Source: Bacteroidota bacterium (GTDB taxonomy: Bacteria > Bacteroidota > Bacteroidia > Bacteroidales > JAGONC01). From it: 64,000 bases of DNA. Below are positions 57,838 through 64,000 of the stretch, one piece after another. The notes beneath the pieces are model-generated. The model was not told the DNA's origin. It was given only the letters and a program-made list of their open reading frames with translations, and did no database searches. Positions within the stretch are counted from its first letter, which is position 1. Each line of letters starts with the position of its first letter. A program made the translations under genes and the position numbers. The DNA lies in assembly GCA_026391695.1 (NCBI GenBank), contig JAPLDP010000069.1, positions 12,886-76,885 on the forward strand, read 5' to 3'.

Positions 57838-59289
57838 ATGGAGGATATTAAGAATAAAAGTATTAGAGAATTACTAGCATCCAATGATTATAATACAGTA
57901 TGCACGATTAAAGGATGGGTCAGAACGAAACGCATCAGTAAGAATGTCGCTTTTATTTCAATTAATGATGGTTCAACTATTCATAATATGCAAGTCGTTG
58001 CCGACCTGACGAAAATCAAAGAGGAAGATCTTGCACCCATCAATACTGGTGCTGCGCTTTCGGTAACCGGTGTTCTGGTGAAATCGGTCGGTAGTGGGCA
58101 ACATATTGAGCTTAGTGCAGAAAAAGTGGACATATTGGGTATTGCAGATCCTGATGTTTATCCCCTCCAGCCAAAGCGACACACGCTTGAGTTTTTGAGG
58201 GAGATTGCTCACTTACGTTTCCGTACCGGCACGTTTGGAGCTATTACAAGGCTCAGGCACAGCATGATCTTTGCGATACATAAATTCTTCAACGACAGAG
58301 GATTTTATAACATACATACACCGATTATTACAGCTTCTGATGCTGAGGGTGCAGGTGAAATGTTCCGTGTGACGACCTTGAATATGAAGGATCTGCCAAG
58401 AAAGGAAGATGGCTCGATTGATTTCTCACAGGATTTCTTTGGCCGTGAAACCAATCTTACTGTGTCAGGGCAGCTCGAAGCCGAACTGGCTGCTCTTGCA
58501 ATGACAAAGGTTTATACTTTCGGACCTACTTTCAGAGCTGAAAATTCCAATACATCACGACATCTGGCGGAATTCTGGATGATCGAACCCGAGGTGGCCT
58601 TTGCCGATAATAACGACAACATGGATTTGGCAGAGTCCATGCTGAAATATCTCGTACAGTATGCCCTGGATAATTGTTATGATGACCTGGCTTACCTGAG
58701 TAAACGCCAGCAAGATGAAGAAAAGCTTAAGAAGCAGGAGGAACGCTCATCCATGGAGCTCATTGAAAAATTGAGATTTGTCCTCGATAACACCTTCGAA
58801 AGGATTACTTATACTGAGGCGATTGACATTCTTATCCAGTCAAATCCCAATAAAAAGAAAAAGTTTTCCTTTATAATTGAAGGATGGGGCGCAGATATTC
58901 AATCAGAACATGAACGATATCTTGTTGAAAAACACTTTAAAAAGCCTGTCATCCTGAGGGATTATCCCATGGACATCAAAGCCTTCTATATGAAACAGAA
59001 CGATGACGGAAAAACAGTCAGGGCATTGGATGTACTGTTCCCTCAGGTCGGTGAGATCGTAGGTGGCTCGCAAAGGGAGGAATCATATGAGAAACTGTAT
59101 TCCAGGATCAAAGAACTAAACCTTTCAGAAGACAATTTATGGTGGTACCTTGAAACAAGAAAATTTGGCACTGTACCCCACAGCGGATTTGGCCTTGGCT
59201 TTGAGCGGTTTATGTTGTTTCTCACAGGAATGACCAATATCAGAGATGTAATTCCATTTCCCAGAACTCCTAAAAATGCGGAATTCTGA
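57838..59289 (+). CDS. asnS: Asparagine--tRNA ligase
   Basis: 483 aa. OB-fold N-domain, and class II motifs ([30 protein letters not shown]). Confidence 0.93.
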   Translation: MEDIKNKSIRELLASNDYNTVCTIKGWVRTKRISKNVAFISINDGSTIHNMQVVADLTKIKEEDLAPINTGAALSVTGVLVKSVGSGQHIELSAEKVDILGIADPDVYPLQPKRHTLEFLREIAHLRFRTGTFGAITRLRHSMIFAIHKFFNDRGFYNIHTPIITASDAEGAGEMFRVTTLNMKDLPRKEDGSIDFSQDFFGRETNLTVSGQLEAELAALAMTKVYTFGPTFRAENSNTSRHLAEFWMIEPEVAFADNNDNMDLAESMLKYLVQYALDNCYDDLAYLSKRQQDEEKLKKQEERSSMELIEKLRFVLDNTFERITYTEAIDILIQSNPNKKKKFSFIIEGWGADIQSEHERYLVEKHFKKPVILRDYPMDIKAFYMKQNDDGKTVRALDVLFPQVGEIVGGSQREESYEKLYSRIKELNLSEDNLWWYLETRKFGTVPHSGFGLGFERFMLFLTGMTNIRDVIPFPRTPKNAEF

Positions 59290-59377
59290 CCCCTCTCCCT
59301 TAAACCTTTCTCCATCAAAAGACAGGAATTGGGGTGAGGTTAATAATTTTCTGTTTTAATAATAGAAAATTTTATTA

Positions 59378-59385
59378 TATTTTTG
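59378..59385 (+). promoter_or_regulatory. TAnnTTTG -7 box candidate upstream of rpoN
   Basis: TATTTTTG, 24 nt upstream of the ATG at 59409. Confidence 0.4.
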
Positions 59386-59408
59386 TAGTAAAGGAAACAG
59401 GTCACCCT

Positions 59409-60914
59409 ATGCTCCAGCAAAAATTACAGCAGAAGCTTTTACAAAAACTATCGCCTCAGCAGATTTTGCTGATGAAGCTTTTGCAGATACCTACTGTTGC
59501 TCTTGAGCAAAGAATAAAGCAGGAAATAGAAGAGAATCCTGCACTGGATGAAACTCTGGATACTGCTGACTCCGAAGAAGAAAATGAAACACAAGAGAAT
59601 GAGCCCATCGATAATTTTGAGGATTCTGATGAAGATAAGGATAAGGAAGAAAATGACCGCGATAGTGAAGAGTTTAGTTTAACTGATTACATGGATGAGG
59701 ATGAGATCCCGGCATACAGGTTACAGGAAAACAACACAAGCCCGGATGATGAAAGACGCGAGATCCCCTTCATATCCACCGTCAGCTTTCAGGAGTATCT
59801 CATCTCGCAGATTGGTATGAGAGCATTGACTGAAAAACAGCAAAGCATCGCATTGACTATTATCGGGAACCTGGATGATTCAGGGTATATACAGCGTAGC
59901 ATCGAAGCCATGGCCGATGACCTGGCATTTTCTCAGAATATTACAGCAACAAAAGAGGAGATACTGGAGGTGCTCCTGGTCATTCAGGATTTCGATCCCC
60001 CCGGCGTTGGAGCCAGAAACTTGCAGGAATGTCTTTTAATTCAGCTGAAAAGAAAAAAAGAAGAGCATCCCGAGTCACCTGCATTACAGCATGCTGCCTT
60101 CATTCTCGAAAGATATTTTAACGAGTTTACAAAGCGGCATTATGATAAGATCATTCATAAGGCCCGAATAACCGAAGAAGAGCTGAAAGGCGCCATTGAA
60201 GAGATCCTGAAATTAAATCCCAAACCTGGCGATTCTCTCATTGAAGTATCCAGAAGCAACTTCTATATTATTCCTGACTTTATTATCCAGAATAAGGACG
60301 GAGGGCTCGAACTCATTCTTAACTCAAAGAATGTTCCTGAATTGCGTTTGAGCAGAACCTATCTCGATATGCTGGAAACCTATGCCCACAGCAAGAAAAA
60401 AAACAATAATGAGAAAGAGGCCTTCATGTTCATCAAGCAGAAGATAGACTCGGCAAAATGGTTTATCGACGCAATCAGGCAGCGGCAAAATACCCTTTAT
60501 GTCACCATGCATGCCATAATGGAATACCAGAAAGATTACTTTCTCACCGGTGATGAAACCAAGCTACACCCGATGATTCTTAAAGATATTGCTGAAATTG
60601 TCAGTTTGGATATTTCGACAATCTCACGTGTAGCTAACAGTAAATACGTTCAGACTCCATTTGGTACATTCCTGCTTAAAAGCTTCTTTTCCGAATCTTT
60701 ACAAAATCAAAGTGGGGAAGAGGTTTCTACAAGAGAAATAAAGAAAATATTGACTGATTGTATTGATAGTGAAGAGAAGCAGAAACCGCTCACAGATGAC
60801 CAGCTGACGAAAATCCTTATGGAAAAGGGGTATAATATTGCACGCAGGACAGTGGCAAAATACCGTGAGCAGCTTGATATTCCGGTTGCCAGGCTTAGAA
60901 GGGAACTCGCCTGA
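59409..60914 (+). CDS. rpoN: RNA polymerase sigma-54 factor
   Basis: Start at the ATG at 59409 (MLQQKLQQKLLQKLSPQQ, Gln/Leu-rich region I), an acidic region II, and a C-terminal RpoN box (ARRTVAKYRE). Confidence 0.92.
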   Translation: MLQQKLQQKLLQKLSPQQILLMKLLQIPTVALEQRIKQEIEENPALDETLDTADSEEENETQENEPIDNFEDSDEDKDKEENDRDSEEFSLTDYMDEDEIPAYRLQENNTSPDDERREIPFISTVSFQEYLISQIGMRALTEKQQSIALTIIGNLDDSGYIQRSIEAMADDLAFSQNITATKEEILEVLLVIQDFDPPGVGARNLQECLLIQLKRKKEEHPESPALQHAAFILERYFNEFTKRHYDKIIHKARITEEELKGAIEEILKLNPKPGDSLIEVSRSNFYIIPDFIIQNKDGGLELILNSKNVPELRLSRTYLDMLETYAHSKKKNNNEKEAFMFIKQKIDSAKWFIDAIRQRQNTLYVTMHAIMEYQKDYFLTGDETKLHPMILKDIAEIVSLDISTISRVANSKYVQTPFGTFLLKSFFSESLQNQSGEEVSTREIKKILTDCIDSEEKQKPLTDDQLTKILMEKGYNIARRTVAKYREQLDIPVARLRRELA

Positions 60915-60934
60915 GAATTAATAATCCTGATAAT

Positions 60935-61642
60935 CTATTGTTTCTTTTTATAGGGCTCAGGATAAAAAGGAATAATAGATATACCTACCGATACCGGATA
61001 CATCTCAGGCCCCCAGTTTTTTGTGAATAATTTTGAAAGAGAGTAATATCCGAAAGCATTGATCCACTTCCAGCCAATCCTTGCAGTAACTCCATAATGG
61101 TAATCATCAATATTATTTAATCTGAAAAACTTGACTTTAAGCTCGTCAGTATTTCCATTCAGATAATCATTACCGCGGTATTTAGTGTGGCTTTGGAGTA
61201 AAAAACCCACTTTAAATCCTGCTGAAAACCTCAGGTTGCTCCTTGTTTTGTAAATAAACTCAAAGGGGATATCAAAATATGTGACTGTGAGTTTATTCTT
61301 TTTGTAATTCAGGTCAGGATAAAGTGTTTTAAAAGGAACAAAATCCGAAGTGCCGGTTGTATCTGTGATCAGAAGAGAATTGCTGTACATATTATGTATA
61401 CTCAGTCCGATGCCCGGGGAAAAGGTTAGATTTGTCTCTCCAAATGGTATGTTATATAAGAAAAACATGTTAAAACCCCTGTTGACAGCTGAAGTCTTCA
61501 TTCCCGCTGGCTTATCCATCCAGATATCAGTAAATAGGTCAAATCCGGTAGTGATTTTTCTTTTGCCGGCCTCGTCAATGATTTGCGAAAAACCATTAAA
61601 TGACAAGGATAAAAGGGACAGGAAAATAATGATTCTTTTCAT
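60935..61642 (-). CDS. Outer-membrane beta-barrel protein (OMP_b-brl_2 / PorT-like family)
   Basis: 235 aa. Signal peptide, alternating-hydrophobic beta-strands, and a C-terminal aromatic residue (..SIIPF-like). The family assignment is from memory of PorT-type barrels. Confidence 0.55.
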   Translation of the reverse strand: MKRIIIFLSLLSLSFNGFSQIIDEAGKRKITTGFDLFTDIWMDKPAGMKTSAVNRGFNMFFLYNIPFGETNLTFSPGIGLSIHNMYSNSLLITDTTGTSDFVPFKTLYPDLNYKKNKLTVTYFDIPFEFIYKTRSNLRFSAGFKVGFLLQSHTKYRGNDYLNGNTDELKVKFFRLNNIDDYHYGVTARIGWKWINAFGYYSLSKLFTKNWGPEMYPVSVGISIIPFYPEPYKKKQ

Positions 61643-61729
61643 GAATGATCAGGATTGATTATAAAGAACAAATTTACTATTAAATACATCCTGATTTCAG
61701 AACATCAGCATTTTTTGTATAATATTTAA

Positions 61730-61765
61730 GGGACTCTTTCCCAATTTAAGCAGGGAAAGAATCCC
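61730..61765 (-). terminator. Stem-loop terminator candidate after the beta-propeller gene
   Basis: GGGACTCTTTCCC / GGGAAAGAATCCC, 13-bp arms with one mismatch and a 10-nt loop. AT-rich flanks on both strands. Confidence 0.5.
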
Positions 61766-61774
61766 CATTCTTTT

Positions 61775-63418
61775 TTATTTTGTTTTCAATTTACTGACTA
61801 CTTTGTTTTCATAAACATACACATACTGCCCGTCAGTACTCAAATCGGAAATGGCACCTTTTTTTGCATTGAATTGCAGGTACTTGCACGTGTTAAGGTC
61901 AAAAGCAGCAATGTCATCGTTATCGGTTTCCATGATGACGATATTATCGAACATGTCGGCGACATCTGACGTTTTATACTTGCCACTGCACATTAATTCA
62001 CCTTTTTCGGTATTGTATATGGCCACCCCTTTTTCACCAAACATGGCAATCTTGTTCTGATATGGGAAGATGAGTGTTGCATTGCCCACGCCGGCATTAC
62101 TGATAGGTACTTCATACATTTCGTTACCTGTGTTTGCATCCATTTTATAAAGGGCTGTTCCGCTGCAAATGTAGTACTGATTATCTATCATTATACCATT
62201 TGTAATCCCTTTCCTGAACCTTTCCGAATCCCAGGCAAGTGATCCGTCTTTGGTGTTGAATGCTTGCACCCCACATGGTTTCACATTCTTGTAATATATT
62301 TTATAAACCCAATAATAATATGTGACATTATTCACTGTGTATTCCTTTTTAATAACAGCTTGACACTCAACGGCTCCACCGATTTGCAGGATTATCTTAT
62401 CACCTTCAACCATCATATGTGGAATTGCTTTGGCTTCTTTAATTTCAGGTGAAGTCCACAGAAGTTTACCTGAATTCAGATCGTACTTTTTTATATACTG
62501 TGTTCTTTTATTCATCATATCCAGTACATACAGGTCCTGGTCTATAACAACGGGATCAGCCACAGCTCCATATACACCGAACTTTTTTGCATTTATCGGC
62601 TTGCCGATGATATCGGGTGTAAAATCAAATGCAGCAGAATACAGATTAGCGCCGGTATTATAGTCATAAACCTGTATCCCGTTCAGGCGAAGGAAGACCT
62701 TGTTATTTTCAACATCCAGGTCATAGATGAAATCGCGTGATACGATCTTTCGTTCTGCCCGGCCTATGTATGTGTTTTCCCACACAATATCACCATTGCT
62801 CATGTTGAATTTAGCGATCTGGTTTTTAAAGCCGGTGAATAAGGCGCCAAGCCCGCCGGGTACGAAGTTCACAGCTACCATATATCCATCCGACATATAG
62901 ACATATTTCCCGACAACACCCTTGAATTTAGATGTTGACCACTTTTCTTCACCTGTCCGTGCTTTAATGTAAACCAACATTGTTTTCAATGAGATAGCAA
63001 AGGCATCATCTTCAGGTATATATACTAAATTGTCATCCGAAACATCCTGGTATTTATCGGTACTCCACAGCAGTTTACCACTTTCCATGTCCACGCATGC
63101 CATCTGGTCTTTGCCCATTTTACGGTCAAACAGGAAAAGGATGTTTGATTCCCAGAACGGAATTAGCTCATCGATCTTCGACAGTTTTGGTACAATTTCT
63201 TTGAAAGCAGCAGTCCATTTGGTTTGTCCGGTGTTGTTGTCAAAAAAAGTAATTTCCTTGGCAGAGGCAGCATAGCTGTATCCCCTTTCTTCTGTTCCGG
63301 TTCCATTATATTCAATCTTATGCTCCATTTTTTGTTCCCATACGAGGGGCATTTCCTCCTGTGCATAACTAAATAATAGCGATGTAGTTGCGATTAAAGT
63401 AAACATCTGTTTTTTCAT
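61775..63418 (-). CDS. Secreted PQQ-like/BamB-like beta-propeller repeat protein, function unknown
   Basis: 547 aa. Signal peptide and recurring xG(K/E)xxW(S/T) blades (TGQTKWTA, SGKLLWST, TGEEKWST, NGDIVWEN, SGKLLWTS, DGSLAWDS). Confidence 0.6.
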   Translation of the reverse strand: MKKQMFTLIATTSLLFSYAQEEMPLVWEQKMEHKIEYNGTGTEERGYSYAASAKEITFFDNNTGQTKWTAAFKEIVPKLSKIDELIPFWESNILFLFDRKMGKDQMACVDMESGKLLWSTDKYQDVSDDNLVYIPEDDAFAISLKTMLVYIKARTGEEKWSTSKFKGVVGKYVYMSDGYMVAVNFVPGGLGALFTGFKNQIAKFNMSNGDIVWENTYIGRAERKIVSRDFIYDLDVENNKVFLRLNGIQVYDYNTGANLYSAAFDFTPDIIGKPINAKKFGVYGAVADPVVIDQDLYVLDMMNKRTQYIKKYDLNSGKLLWTSPEIKEAKAIPHMMVEGDKIILQIGGAVECQAVIKKEYTVNNVTYYYWVYKIYYKNVKPCGVQAFNTKDGSLAWDSERFRKGITNGIMIDNQYYICSGTALYKMDANTGNEMYEVPISNAGVGNATLIFPYQNKIAMFGEKGVAIYNTEKGELMCSGKYKTSDVADMFDNIVIMETDNDDIAAFDLNTCKYLQFNAKKGAISDLSTDGQYVYVYENKVVSKLKTK

Positions 63419-63430
63419 GATTAAATAGTT

Positions 63431-63808
63431 TTAATTTGTTTGAATGACATCGAATTTAAAAATGTATTGAAATTTATATGACTTATCTTTCTGCATTTTA
63501 AAATTAAATTTAAACATCTTCAGGCGGTCTTTCAACTTGTTCTGGTTCGGGAAATTGTCACTATCACTATTGACAATAAAAACGGTCGCAACTTCACCCC
63601 TTCCCCGTATCGTCATGTCGATCGTAAACATCCCCTGAATACCATTTTCTTTCCCGAATGTATAAAGTACACCTCCCGGGGCCATCGCACTATCCAGTTC
63701 CAATCTTGCTCTTTGGATTATCTGGTCTTTATCCTCGATCATTTCCAGTTTTTGTGCAAATGATGTTATGGTCAGGATAAACAAAGAAAATAATACCAAT
63801 GGTTTCAT
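63431..63808 (-). CDS. Small secreted protein, function unknown (weak TonB-C-like pattern)
   Basis: 125 aa. Signal peptide MKPLVLFSLFILTITSFAQ. The G.QG.F.ID..I.G.GEV..V.. pattern is only weakly suggestive. Confidence 0.45.
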   Translation of the reverse strand: MKPLVLFSLFILTITSFAQKLEMIEDKDQIIQRARLELDSAMAPGGVLYTFGKENGIQGMFTIDMTIRGRGEVATVFIVNSDSDNFPNQNKLKDRLKMFKFNFKMQKDKSYKFQYIFKFDVIQTN

Positions 63809-63819
63809 AATCCGAATTT

Positions 63820-64000
63820 TTATTTTTCAAACTTCCAGAGTACTAATCTGTTTCCCGATGTGATGATCATTGACTTGTTATCCGGCAGGAAGGCAAACGA
63901 CACCCTTGCATCTAGTGATAACCGTTCTCCTTTCTCCTTATCAATTATCCTGAAACTCACTTGAAACCTGTAAAGCATCTGGCCTGTTTCAAAATCATAG
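63820..64000 (-). CDS. 3' end of a beta-propeller/WD40-like protein gene (5' part outside window)
   Basis: The minus-strand frame is open to the window edge and ends ..YDFETGQMLYRF..DNKSMIITSGNRLVLWKFEK-TAA (stop at 63820-63822). Confidence 0.35.
   Translation of the reverse strand, partial: YDFETGQMLYRFQVSFRIIDKEKGERLSLDARVSFAFLPDNKSMIITSGNRLVLWKFEK

Overview
This 64-kb window looks like core chromosome from an AT-rich Bacteroidota genome (roughly 40% GC by eye, not computed). Three things support that lineage: T9SS/gliding genes, many TAnnTTTG -7-type promoter boxes 25-70 nt upstream of starts, and leaders without Shine-Dalgarno sequences. I can support about 58 protein-coding features, and most are housekeeping genes: galE, rfbB, fabD, folE, queD, dxr, rseP, recG, pheT, secG, groES/EL, ade, gpmA, nadD, gmk, yicC, lnt, hflX, trpS, rng, hup, ssb, corA, a DAHP synthase/chorismate mutase, asnS and rpoN. 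The main functional theme is type IX secretion and gliding. The window holds a P. gingivalis-style porP-gldK-gldL-gldM-gldN operon, a PorW/SprE-like TPR lipoprotein, gldE-gldD, a PorT-family-like beta-barrel, and two peptidases (M1 and M14) carrying T9SS C-terminal sorting domains. By eye I saw no rRNA, tRNA, CRISPR array, transposase, integrase, phage gene or recognisable defence island, and I cannot honestly claim a clear novel multi-gene system. The observations most worth a second look are these. (1) An uncalled 29-codon Lys/Arg-rich bS22-like ORF lies between hup and rng. (2) A decayed mutY stub sits at the conserved hup/mutY-ssb-gldE-gldD position. (3) GldL is almost double the usual length and has an internally repetitive C-terminal tail. 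(4) An AtpZ/AtpI-like gene pair has no atp structural genes and is translationally coupled to a bactofilin gene and to queD-folE. (5) A bactofilin gene and a bitopic M23 endopeptidase gene flank the PorW-like gene. (6) A truncated YitT gene reads antisense into the 3' end of rseP. (7) A sensor-less sigma-54 activator heads an lptE-secG operon, and rpoN is in the same window. (8) A DUF2723 (TMEM260-like) giant membrane protein lies close to an Ig-like lipoprotein. (9) An uncharacterised cluster of secreted beta-propeller proteins sits at the right edge. All calls come from reading the sequence and ORF translations and from remembered family motifs. No searches were run.
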